Source of the DNA: an uncultured Clostridia bacterium
GTDB lineage: Bacteria; Bacillota; Clostridia; Oscillospirales; Butyricicoccaceae
Reading direction: 5' to 3'
DNA: 64,000 bases
Assembly (NCBI GenBank): GCA_947856675.1
Contig: CANUCM010000067.1
Span: forward strand, 8,864 to 72,863
Both the position numbers and the translations under genes were made by a program. The notes beneath the pieces were generated by a model. That model made no database searches and was not told the origin of the DNA. It saw only the letters and a list, made by a program, of their open reading frames with translations. The stretch's first letter is position 1. Each line of letters begins with the position of its first letter. Positions 1-8,303 of the stretch are shown here, piece by piece.

Positions 1-30
1 TATCTTAATTTTCGTCAGGAGTTTTGACTG

Positions 31-123
31 ATGTATCTGGCCGCTGCTTTTGTTTTTGCATATTATTATTACTTTTACTTTACCGAAAACAAAGTAAAAG
101 CGATTTGTGATGCAAAAATGTAA
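31..123 (+). CDS. putative Tyr/Phe-rich leader peptide (30 aa) of the aromatic amino-acid operon
   Basis: Absent from the ORF track because it is <60 aa. AGGAG at 17-21, 9-nt spacer, ATG at 31, TAA at 121-123. Translation is MYLAAAFVFAYYYYFYFTENKVKAICDAKM. It has 6 Tyr and 4 Phe codons, including a contiguous YYYYFYF run (nt 61-81). It lies directly upstream of a terminator and of the aroF...tyrA...pheA operon. Confidence 0.55.
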   Translation: MYLAAAFVFAYYYYFYFTENKVKAICDAKM

Positions 124-167
124 ATGCGGTCAGGGCAGTATTTCTGATTGGATATTTATATGAGCTC

Positions 168-203
168 AAACGGTCACGCAAATCGCAGCGTGACCGTTTT
201 TTT
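168..203 (+). terminator. intrinsic terminator, putative attenuator of the aro operon
   Basis: Stem cggtcacgc (171-179) pairs with gcgtgaccg (188-196), extended by A168-170:U197-199. The loop is 8 nt and a T7 run spans 197-203. The element ends 7 nt before the aroF RBS GAGGAGG (211-217). Confidence 0.7.
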
Positions 204-226
204 ACGCACAGAGGAGGTTTTGCGAT

Positions 227-1231
227 ATGATAGCAGTTCTGAAGCCGGGCACTTCGCTGCGCCAGCGCGACAATCTGATTGCCTGGTTTAAAAGCCAGGG
301 GCTCGAGGTGCATATTTCAGAAGGCCAGATGCACACAGTGCTCGGCATTGTAGGCGATACCAGCGGCATTGACATTGACCTGCTGCAGAGCCTGGATATC
401 GTGGACTCAGCCAAGCGTGTCAGTGAAACCTATAAGCTGGCAAACCGCAAGTTTCACCCGTCCGACAGCGTGATTTCCGTCGGGGATGTGCGCATTGGCG
501 GCGGAAACTTTCAGCTGATTGCCGGGCCGTGCTCTGTGGAAAGTGAAGAACAGATTCTGCAAATTGCGCAGTCTGTACGCGCAGGCGGCGCAGCACTGCT
601 CAGGGGCGGGGCTTTTAAACCGCGCACTTCACCGTACGATTTTCAGGGCCTGAAAGCACATGGCATTGAGTTTTTGCTGGAAGCCAAAAAGCTGACCGGA
701 ATGCCTATTGTCACGGAAATTATGAGCGTGGAGCATCTTCCGCTGTTTGAGCATGTGGATGTGATCCAGGTCGGCGCCCGCAATATGCAGAACTTTGAAT
801 TGCTGAAGGCGCTCGGCAGGACCGATAAAGTGATTCTGCTCAAACGCGGCATGTGCAGTACTCTGAAGGAGCTTCTAATGAGCGCGGAGTACATCATGGC
901 CGGCGGCAATGAAAACGTCATTCTGTGTGAGCGCGGCATACGGACCTACGAAACCAGCACGCGCAATACACTGGATTTGTCCGCAGTGCCGATGCTGCAT
1001 GAAATGACGCACCTTCCGGTTGTCGTGGATCCCAGCCACGCAACGGGCCGTTCGCGGCTGGTGCTTCCCATGGCGATGGCGGCCGCTGCAGCGGGTGCTG
1101 ACGGGCTTATGATTGAGGTGCACAACGATCCGATGCATGCTTTATGTGACGGCGCGCAATCGCTGACGCCGGAGCAGTTTTGTGAGCTGGCTGCCAGGGT
1201 TTCAGCTGTGCGGGAGGCGGTTTTGCGATGA
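227..1231 (+). CDS. aroF: 3-deoxy-7-phosphoheptulonate (DAHP) synthase, class I-beta with N-terminal ferredoxin-like/ACT-like regulatory domain
   Basis: 334 aa. The N-terminus MIAVLKPGTS...HISEGQ..TVLGIVGD resembles the Thermotoga-type regulated DAHPS. The KDO8P/DAHP synthase core (GPCSVES, RGGAFKPRTSPY, DPSH) is present. RBS is GAGGAGG. Confidence 0.9.
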   Translation: MIAVLKPGTSLRQRDNLIAWFKSQGLEVHISEGQMHTVLGIVGDTSGIDIDLLQSLDIVDSAKRVSETYKLANRKFHPSDSVISVGDVRIGGGNFQLIAGPCSVESEEQILQIAQSVRAGGAALLRGGAFKPRTSPYDFQGLKAHGIEFLLEAKKLTGMPIVTEIMSVEHLPLFEHVDVIQVGARNMQNFELLKALGRTDKVILLKRGMCSTLKELLMSAEYIMAGGNENVILCERGIRTYETSTRNTLDLSAVPMLHEMTHLPVVVDPSHATGRSRLVLPMAMAAAAAGADGLMIEVHNDPMHALCDGAQSLTPEQFCELAARVSAVREAVLR

Positions 1232-2067
1232 CAGTCGGAATTGTAGGGCTGGGGCTCATTGGAGGCTCCGCGGCCAAGGCCTATTCCGGAGCAGGGCATA
1301 CTGTGCTGGGCCTTGATACCAACGCATCTGTTTTGGGCTTTGCCGGGCTGGCCGGCGTGGTGACGGAACCGCTGAACCGGGACAATGTCAAATCCTGCGA
1401 TCTTTTGCTGATAGCGCTGCTTCCTTCGGGAACCGTACGGTTTTTGGCCGAGTGGGCGGACGTTATTCCCAAAAGCTGCCTTGTCATGGACTTATGCGGC
1501 ACAAAGCGCGCAGTCTGCCGGCACGGGTTTGCCCTGGCCCGCGAGTACGGCTTCACTTTTGTGGGCGGGCATCCGATGGCGGGAAGCCACCATTCCGGCT
1601 ATGCGTACAGCCGGGCTGATTTGTTCCGGGGTGCATCGATGATAGTGGTTCCGCCTGTGACCGATGACATGGCTTTTTTGGAGCATTTGAAGCAGCTTCT
1701 TTTGCCGCTGGGCCTGAAATGCATTACCGTTGCCACCGCTGAGGAGCATGACAAAAACATTGCCTTTACTTCGCAGCTGGCCCATGTCGTGTCCAATGCG
1801 TATATAAAAAGCCCCTCAGCCGGACGGCATAAAGGGTTTTCTGCCGGAAGCTACAAAGACCTGACGCGGGTTGCCTGGCTTGCTTCGGATATGTGGACAG
1901 AGTTGTTTTTGGAAAACCAGGACTTTTTGACACAAGAGCTGGATACGCTGATTGAGCAGCTGAAGGCCTATCGCGCCGCCATTGCCGCAGGCGATGCGCG
2001 AACACTCCACAGCCTGCTGGAAGAAGGGAAGCGGCGCAAGGAGGAGGTGGACGGATGCATGCCATAA
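1228..2067 (+). CDS. tyrA: prephenate dehydrogenase
   Basis: 279 aa with an N-terminal Rossmann motif IVGLGLIGGS and a GGHPMAG motif. Its ATG overlaps the aroF stop (ATGA). Confidence 0.88.
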   Translation: MTVGIVGLGLIGGSAAKAYSGAGHTVLGLDTNASVLGFAGLAGVVTEPLNRDNVKSCDLLLIALLPSGTVRFLAEWADVIPKSCLVMDLCGTKRAVCRHGFALAREYGFTFVGGHPMAGSHHSGYAYSRADLFRGASMIVVPPVTDDMAFLEHLKQLLLPLGLKCITVATAEEHDKNIAFTSQLAHVVSNAYIKSPSAGRHKGFSAGSYKDLTRVAWLASDMWTELFLENQDFLTQELDTLIEQLKAYRAAIAAGDARTLHSLLEEGKRRKEEVDGCMP

Positions 2068-3113
2068 CGGTGCCGGCAACGCGGCCGTACCAGGTGACCA
2101 TTGGCCGCGGCCTTCTGAGCAGGGCGGGTGAATGCATCGGGCAGCTTTTCCCGCGCCGCAGCGTTGCCGTCGTTTCGGATGATACGGTGTTTGCCCTGTA
2201 CGGACAAACTGTCATGCATTCGCTGGAAGCGTCGGGCTGCACGCCGTGTTCGTTTGTGTTTGAGCACGGCGAAGCGTCAAAAAACCTCACAACCTACTCG
2301 CGCCTGATGGAATTTCTGGCGCGCAGCCGCCTGACGCGCGCAGATGTTGTGGCGGCGCTCGGCGGCGGAGTGACAGGGGATCTGGCAGGCTTTGCCGCGG
2401 CCACTTATCTGAGGGGAATTGCCGCAGTTCAGCTGCCCACAACGCTGCTGGCGGCCGTGGATTCATCCGTCGGGGGAAAGACGGCTGTCAACCTTCCGCA
2501 GGGGAAAAACCTCGCCGGTGCTTTTCACTTGCCGGCGGCCGTATTTTGTGACTGCGCTGCTTTTGATTCTTTGCCGGAGCACATTGTGCGCGACGGGTGC
2601 GCAGAAGTACTCAAGTATGGTATGATTTGCGATGCGGAGTTGCTGCGGCTGGCCAAGACCCCGGATGTGTGCAAGAGTGAAGCGGTGATAGAACGCTGTG
2701 TGCGTATAAAGAGCCGTATCACCGCTGCGGACGAGCACGACACGGGACAGCGGCAGCTTTTGAACTTCGGCCACACCATTGGCCACGCAATAGAAGCCTG
2801 TAGCGGCTTTTCCTGCAGCCACGGACAGGCCGTTGCCGCCGGGATGGCCTATATAACACGCGCGGCAGCCCGAATGGGCCTGTGCCGCGAAGAGTGCGCT
2901 GCAGAGCTGGAAAGCACGCTGCGCGCATTCGGGCTTCCGGTCAGCACTTCGATTCCGGCCCGGGCGCTGTTTGAAGCGGCTCTTTCCGATAAAAAATGCA
3001 CGGGGCAGGATATCACCCTTGTCCTGCCGCAGGCCGTGGGGCAGTGCGTTTTAAAAACAATGCCTTCGGGCTGCCTTCTCGACTTCATAAAGAAAGGGGA
3101 GCAACCGCTGTGA
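2055..3113 (+). CDS. aroB: 3-dehydroquinate synthase
   Basis: 352 aa with GGGVTGDLAGFAA, the LPTTLLA.VDSSVGGKTAVN motif and metal ligands in FGHTIGHAIE. RBS GAGGAGG lies 8 nt upstream. Confidence 0.92.
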   Translation: MHAITVPATRPYQVTIGRGLLSRAGECIGQLFPRRSVAVVSDDTVFALYGQTVMHSLEASGCTPCSFVFEHGEASKNLTTYSRLMEFLARSRLTRADVVAALGGGVTGDLAGFAAATYLRGIAAVQLPTTLLAAVDSSVGGKTAVNLPQGKNLAGAFHLPAAVFCDCAAFDSLPEHIVRDGCAEVLKYGMICDAELLRLAKTPDVCKSEAVIERCVRIKSRITAADEHDTGQRQLLNFGHTIGHAIEACSGFSCSHGQAVAAGMAYITRAAARMGLCREECAAELESTLRAFGLPVSTSIPARALFEAALSDKKCTGQDITLVLPQAVGQCVLKTMPSGCLLDFIKKGEQPL

Positions 3114-4372
3114 ATCTGCGCATTCTTTCCCCATTGCAGGGCGGTGTTGTCGACGCGATTGCTTCAAAATCCCACGTGCACAGGCTGCTCATATGTGCGG
3201 CGCTGAGCGACAGGCCTGCCGAAATCGAATGTTCTGCCCTGTCTGATGATATCGAAGCCACGGTCGACTGCCTGCGTGCGCTGGGGGCAGAGATCGGGTA
3301 TAATCGCGGGGTGTTTTCCGTTGCTCCTGTAAAGGAAATTGCCCGCGGAAAGGTCCTCCGGTGCAGAGAAAGCGGCTCGACCCTGCGGTTTCTGCTCCCG
3401 GTTGCCGCTGCATTGGGCGCCGACTGCCGGTTTCTTCTGGACGGCCGGCTTTCTGAGCGGCCTCTGCAGCCGCTGATTGCTGCGCTGGAACAGCACGGGT
3501 GCTCGGTGTTTCGCCCTGAAAGCCGCTGCATTTCCATCAGCGGGCAGCTGCGCAGCGGCGAGTTCTTTCTTCCCGGAAACCTTTCATCGCAATTTATCAG
3601 CGGGCTGCTGCTGGCGTTTTCCTGTATGAAGGAAGGCGGCAGTATCTGCCTGCAGGACCGGCTGGAGTCTGCGCCCTATGTTCGGCTGACTGTCGAAACG
3701 CTCAAAGCCTTCGGAGTGGATGTCCATGTTTCCGAAAGCAGGTTTGCGGTGCCCTTCGGAAGCGTTTTGCATTCTCCCGGGCGGATCGCGGCGGAAGGAG
3801 ACTGGTCCAATGCGGCGTTTTGGCTTTGCGCCGGGGCCATCAGCCGCCATCCGGTTTTGTGCCGCGGGCTGTCCGCCGATTCTGTGCAGGGGGACCGGCA
3901 AGTGCTGGCCATTTTAGCGCAGATGGGTGCCCGTGCTGCGTGGACGAAGGAAGGGGCTTTGGTGGAAAAAGACAGGCTGCATGCGGTGGACATCGACGCA
4001 GCAGACATTCCCGATTTGATCCCGGCACTGGCTGCGGTGTGTGCCCTGGCCGAAGGCCGGTCGAGAATTTATCACGCCGGGCGTCTGCGCCTGAAAGAAA
4101 GCGATCGTCTGCACACAATTTGCAGTGCACTCGGCGCCGTGGGCGCCGAAATCCGCGAAGAACCCGAGGGACTGACGATCCGGGGCGTTTCGCAGCTTGC
4201 AGGCGGGACGGTATGCGCGGCCGGGGATCACCGCATCGCCATGATGGCGGCGGTAGTCGCGGCAGGCTGCGCGGAGCCGGTCACGGTTTTGCAGGCGCAG
4301 GCTGCACAAAAATCCTATCCGGACTTTTGGAAGCATTATCAGCTTCTGGGCGGAAAAACGGAGGTGCTCTGA
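3110..4372 (+). CDS. aroA: 3-phosphoshikimate 1-carboxyvinyltransferase (EPSP synthase)
   Basis: The track ORF starts at 2996 inside aroB. The homologous region begins at GTG 3110 (VNLRILSP...), preceded by AAAGGGGA and overlapping the aroB stop (GTGA). The product is 420 aa with the LRLKESDR motif. Confidence 0.88.
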   Translation: MNLRILSPLQGGVVDAIASKSHVHRLLICAALSDRPAEIECSALSDDIEATVDCLRALGAEIGYNRGVFSVAPVKEIARGKVLRCRESGSTLRFLLPVAAALGADCRFLLDGRLSERPLQPLIAALEQHGCSVFRPESRCISISGQLRSGEFFLPGNLSSQFISGLLLAFSCMKEGGSICLQDRLESAPYVRLTVETLKAFGVDVHVSESRFAVPFGSVLHSPGRIAAEGDWSNAAFWLCAGAISRHPVLCRGLSADSVQGDRQVLAILAQMGARAAWTKEGALVEKDRLHAVDIDAADIPDLIPALAAVCALAEGRSRIYHAGRLRLKESDRLHTICSALGAVGAEIREEPEGLTIRGVSQLAGGTVCAAGDHRIAMMAAVVAAGCAEPVTVLQAQAAQKSYPDFWKHYQLLGGKTEVL

Positions 4373-4373
4373 C

Positions 4374-5465
4374 ATGTCTTCAAGTTACGGAAAAAACATA
4401 CGGATTACACTGTTCGGACAGTCGCATGGCCCGGCCATAGGCGTTGTGATAGAAGGCCTGCCGCCCGGCTTTGCTGTGGATATGCCGGCATTGCAAAGAT
4501 TTATGGCCCGGCGCGCTCCCGGAGGTGCGCTGGCAACAGCCAGGAAAGAGCCGGATGAGCCGGAGTTTGTCAGCGGTCTGTACCAGGGAAAAACCTGCGG
4601 CGCGCCTTTGGTTGCACTGATACGCAACCAGGATGCCCGCTCTGCGGACTATGAAGATTTCAAAAACACACCTCGGCCGGGACATGCTGATTTTACAGCC
4701 GGTGTAAAGTACAATAACTTTTCGGATTTTCGCGGCGGAGGGCACTTTTCCGGCCGCTTGACTGCACCTTTATGCCTTGCGGGGGCGTTCTGCCTGCAGC
4801 TTTTGGAAAAAGAAGGAATTGCCATTGGATCGCATATTGCATCCATTGGACAAGTGCCGGATGCGCCCTTTGATGCTGTGAATGTAAATAAAAATAACTT
4901 TACAGCTATTGAAAATGCGCAATTCCCGGTCAATGATGAACAGCAGGGACTCAAAATGCGCGCATTGATTGAACAGGCGCGCTCCTGCGGCAACTCTGTA
5001 GGCGGCGTGATTGAATGCGCGGCGGTCGGCCTGCCTGCCGGCCTGGGCGATCCGATGACCTGCGGCATGGAAAACCGGATTGCCGCCATTGTCTTTTCCA
5101 TTCCCGGCATCAAGGGTATTGAGTTTGGCAGCGGATTTGCCGGCTGCGCCCTGTGGGGGTCGCAAAACAACGACGCTTTTTGCTTTCAGGACGGCGCTGT
5201 ACGCACACGGAGCAATCATCATGGCGGGATTCTGGGTGGTATCACTTCGGGAATGCCGCTGGTGTTCCGGGTCGCTGTCAAACCTACGCCTTCTATTGCA
5301 TGCCCTCAGGACAGCGTCGATTTGAAGACGGGGCAGCCGGTGCAGCTGTCGGTCGGCGGCCGGCACGATCCGTGTATTGTGCCGCGGGCGCTGCCGTGCG
5401 TGGAAGCAGCGGCTGCGATTGCCGTTTACGATGCGCTGCTTGAACAGAAAAAATATTCGGAGTGA
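4374..5465 (+). CDS. aroC: chorismate synthase
   Basis: 363 aa with the typical AroC signatures FGQSHGPAIGVVIEG, RPGHAD and GGRHDPC. Confidence 0.93.
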   Translation: MSSSYGKNIRITLFGQSHGPAIGVVIEGLPPGFAVDMPALQRFMARRAPGGALATARKEPDEPEFVSGLYQGKTCGAPLVALIRNQDARSADYEDFKNTPRPGHADFTAGVKYNNFSDFRGGGHFSGRLTAPLCLAGAFCLQLLEKEGIAIGSHIASIGQVPDAPFDAVNVNKNNFTAIENAQFPVNDEQQGLKMRALIEQARSCGNSVGGVIECAAVGLPAGLGDPMTCGMENRIAAIVFSIPGIKGIEFGSGFAGCALWGSQNNDAFCFQDGAVRTRSNHHGGILGGITSGMPLVFRVAVKPTPSIACPQDSVDLKTGQPVQLSVGGRHDPCIVPRALPCVEAAAAIAVYDALLEQKKYSE

Positions 5466-5470
5466 ACAAG

Positions 5471-6619
5471 ATGACCATTGAACAGCTCAGACAGGAAATT
5501 GATTCGGCAGACAGCAGGCTGCTTGAGGCATTTGAGCTGCGGATGCAGACTGCGCGAAAAATAGGCCAGTACAAAAGCGAGCAGCATCTTCCAGTGCTGG
5601 ACAGTGCAAGGGAGAGACAAAAGCTGGCTGAGGTGATGGGGCAGACGCAAAAGGACTTGCAGCCATATGCCGGCGCCCTGTACCGGCTGCTTTTTGAACT
5701 CAGCCGGCTGTACCAGGAGGACGGCCGGCCGGAACAGCCCGGCAGTCTGTCACAAACCGTTGCGCAGTGCATACGGCAAACCCCGCCGATGTTTCCGCAG
5801 CAAGCCGTGGTTGCCTGCCAGGGTACCGAGGGCGCCTTTTCGCAAAAGGCCTGTGAGCGAATTTTCAAAACGCCCGACATTATGTATTTCAAGACCTTTG
5901 ACAGCGTATTTGCAGCCATTGAGTCGGGACTGTGCCGGTATGGGGTATTGCCGGTGGAAAACAGTACGGCCGGATCGGTCAACCGGGTGTATGATCTTAT
6001 GATGCAGCACCAGTTCAGCATTGTCCGTTCGGCAAGGATGAAAATCAGGCACAGCCTGCTTGCGAAAAAAGGCACCTGCATTCAGGACATCCGCAGGGTT
6101 TATTCTCATCCGCAGGCTCTCGGCCAGTGCAGCCGGTACCTGGCTTCTCTGAACGGCATCGAGCTGATTCCGTGTGAAAATACGGCGGCAGCGGCGCGCG
6201 CCGTGGCAGACAGCGGACGCAGCGACTGGGCGGCCCTGGCATCTGCCGACTGCGCTCTGCTGTACGGTCTGGACTGCCTTGCGCAGGATGTTCAGGACAG
6301 CGACGGGAATTATACGCGGTTTCTTTGTATTTCCCGCTCGCCGGAAATTTTCCCGGGGGCGGATCGCACCAGCCTGATGATGGTACTTCCGCACAAGGCA
6401 GGTTCTCTGTACGGGGTGCTGTCCCGTTTGTACGCGCAGGGGATCAATCTGCTCAAGCTGGAAAGCCGCCCGCTGCCCGGCCGCGACTTTGAGTTTATGT
6501 TCTATTTTGATTTGGAAGTTTCGGTGTATTCTCCCGGGTTTGGACGCATGCTCAATCAGCTTGAGCAGATGGCGCAGCGCTTTACTTACCTTGGGAGTTA
6601 CCTGGAGATTGCGGAATGA
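5471..6619 (+). CDS. pheA: bifunctional chorismate mutase / prephenate dehydratase (P-protein) with C-terminal ACT domain
   Basis: AroQ-class chorismate mutase N-terminus (TIEQLRQEIDSADSRLLEAFELRM), a PDT domain (VENSTAGSV) and an ACT-like C-terminus (ESRP). I prefer ATG 5471, which has GGAG 8 nt upstream. The track start GTG 5462 is also possible. Confidence 0.88.
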   Translation: MTIEQLRQEIDSADSRLLEAFELRMQTARKIGQYKSEQHLPVLDSARERQKLAEVMGQTQKDLQPYAGALYRLLFELSRLYQEDGRPEQPGSLSQTVAQCIRQTPPMFPQQAVVACQGTEGAFSQKACERIFKTPDIMYFKTFDSVFAAIESGLCRYGVLPVENSTAGSVNRVYDLMMQHQFSIVRSARMKIRHSLLAKKGTCIQDIRRVYSHPQALGQCSRYLASLNGIELIPCENTAAAARAVADSGRSDWAALASADCALLYGLDCLAQDVQDSDGNYTRFLCISRSPEIFPGADRTSLMMVLPHKAGSLYGVLSRLYAQGINLLKLESRPLPGRDFEFMFYFDLEVSVYSPGFGRMLNQLEQMAQRFTYLGSYLEIAE

Positions 6620-7836
6620 AACATTTCGGATTGTTGGGGCGGCGGCTCGGGCACAGCTTTTCGCCGCGCATTCATAAAGAGCTGGGAGAATACGAATATC
6701 GCCTGTATGAAAAAGAGCCCTTTGAGCTGGATGCATTTTTGCGCGGCGGGGCTTTCGATGGGCTGAATGTGACCATTCCATACAAGGAAGCGGTGCTGCC
6801 CTATTGCTCACAGCTTTCCGACTGCGCCCGGGCTGTAGGCAGTGTCAACACGCTCATCCGGCAGAAGGATGGTACGCTGCTGGGTGACAATACGGATTAT
6901 TGCGGATTTGAGGCCATGCTAAGGCAGGCAGACACGGATGTCCGCGGAAAAAACGTATTGGTGCTGGGCAGCGGCGGTGCATCCAAAACCGTGCAGGCGG
7001 TTTTAAAAAAAGTCGGGGCTGAGGTATCGGTTGTATCGCGCAGCGGCCGGCTGAATTATGAAAATGTATACCGGCAGCCGGATGTCCGGATGATTGTCAA
7101 TACCACACCGGTGGGCATGTATCCGGAAAACGGACGTGCCCCATTGTGTATCGGGCGGTTTCCTGCCTGTGAAGCGCTTTTCGATCTTATTTATAATCCG
7201 GCGCGCACCCGGCTTATGCTTGATGCAATGGACAGGAAAATCCCTGTGCTGGGCGGACTTTGCATGCTGGTTGAGCAGGCTGCTGCAGCCTCAGCCCTGT
7301 TTACCGGCAGGGAAGTGCCGCCGGGGGAAACCCGGGATCTGCTGCGCCGGCTGTCGCGCGAAACAGAAAACATCGTGCTCATAGGGATGCCGGGCTGCGG
7401 AAAAACCACAACCGGCCGGATGCTGGCGCAGCTTCTCGGCCGGCCGTTTTACGATGTGGACGAGGAAATCGTCCGCCGGCAGGGCATGAGCATTCCCGAA
7501 ATTTTTGCCCGCTTTGGGGAGGACGCCTTCCGCACAATGGAAACCCGGGCCACAGCCCGGCTTTCGGCGCAAAGCGGTGCGGTGATTGCCTCCGGCGGAG
7601 GCGTTGTGGAACGCAGGGAAAACCGGGATTTGCTGCGGCAGAACAGCGTGGTTGTGTGGATCCGGCGCAGCCTTGGCGAGCTTTCGTCCGATGGACGGCC
7701 GGTTTCCCAGAGCCGCCCGATTGCAGACATTGCAGCAAAGCGCCTTCCGCTGTACGAACGGTGGAGCGACATATCCGTTGCTGCGTGCGGTGCACTGGCA
7801 ACGGCGCAGCAGATTCGAAAGGAGCTTACACTATGA
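6616..7836 (+). CDS. aroE: fused shikimate dehydrogenase / shikimate kinase
   Basis: 406 aa. The N-terminal half has the AroE pattern (GHSFSP.IH, NVTIPYK, TDY.G, GSGGASK). The C-terminal part has a Walker A motif (GMPGCGKTT) and the shikimate-kinase pattern FYDVDEEI. Its ATG overlaps the pheA stop. Confidence 0.88.
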   Translation: MKHFGLLGRRLGHSFSPRIHKELGEYEYRLYEKEPFELDAFLRGGAFDGLNVTIPYKEAVLPYCSQLSDCARAVGSVNTLIRQKDGTLLGDNTDYCGFEAMLRQADTDVRGKNVLVLGSGGASKTVQAVLKKVGAEVSVVSRSGRLNYENVYRQPDVRMIVNTTPVGMYPENGRAPLCIGRFPACEALFDLIYNPARTRLMLDAMDRKIPVLGGLCMLVEQAAAASALFTGREVPPGETRDLLRRLSRETENIVLIGMPGCGKTTTGRMLAQLLGRPFYDVDEEIVRRQGMSIPEIFARFGEDAFRTMETRATARLSAQSGAVIASGGGVVERRENRDLLRQNSVVVWIRRSLGELSSDGRPVSQSRPIADIAAKRLPLYERWSDISVAACGALATAQQIRKELTL

Positions 7837-8270
7837 AAGTTCTGGTGATCAACGGTCCCAATCTCAACATGCTCGGGATAAGGGAGCCGGAGGTTTACGG
7901 CAGCGCAAGCTATGGCGATTTATGCCGGAGCGTGCGGGAAGTGTGCGGCCGGGAAGGGATGGAGGTGGAAATTTTCCAGTCCAACCACGAAGGCGCCCTT
8001 GTGGACGCCATACAGGGCGCTTTGGGCGTGTTTGACGGAATCGTCATCAATCCCGCGGCGTATACGCATACCAGCGTGGCCATTCTCGACGCACTGAAAG
8101 CGGTGAATCTGCCTGCTGTCGAAGTGCATCTTTCCGACATTTCCGCGCGCGAAGATTTCCGGAGAGTTTCCTATACCGGCATGGCCTGCATCAAAACGGT
8201 GTGCGGCAAGGGCTTTGCAGGGTACGAAGAAGCGCTGATGATACTAAAGAACCATCTGACAAAACGATAA
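7833..8270 (+). CDS. aroQ: type II 3-dehydroquinate dehydratase
   Basis: The homologous region starts at ATG 7833 (MKVLVINGPNLNMLGIREPEVYG), overlapping the aroE/K stop (ATGA). The product is 145 aa. The track start at 7656 is an upstream shadow extension. Confidence 0.92.
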   Translation: MKVLVINGPNLNMLGIREPEVYGSASYGDLCRSVREVCGREGMEVEIFQSNHEGALVDAIQGALGVFDGIVINPAAYTHTSVAILDALKAVNLPAVEVHLSDISAREDFRRVSYTGMACIKTVCGKGFAGYEEALMILKNHLTKR

Positions 8271-8272
8271 GC

Positions 8273-8300
8273 AAAGGCCCGGGCCAGAGCCCGGGCCTTT
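8273..8300. terminator. bidirectional hairpin terminator between aroQ and ypeB
   Basis: Perfect 12-bp stem aaaggcccgggc / gcccgggccttt with a 4-nt loop, placed between convergent genes. Confidence 0.75.
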
Positions 8301-8303
8301 GTC

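Noticed and set aside
1-226. T-box riboswitch as the explanation for the leader and terminator upstream of aroF
   Set aside because: I searched for the conserved T-box element (AAnnnGGGTGGTACCGCG-like) and for a specifier-loop architecture and found neither. The leader is only about 200 nt and AT-rich, with a translatable aromatic-rich ORF instead.
2996-3109. Upstream extensions of track ORFs: aroA from 2996, aroQ from 7656, mnaA from 12084, tig from 49780, lepB from 46754, rplS from 46459, scpA from 62548, and others
   Set aside because: The extensions overlap the preceding gene, lack homology to the protein families and lack an RBS. Internal starts with an SD and family-typical N-termini were chosen instead.
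5293-6811. 262-aa and 353-aa minus-strand ORFs across aroC, pheA and aroE
   Set aside because: They are antisense to the translationally coupled aro operon and have no motifs or RBS.
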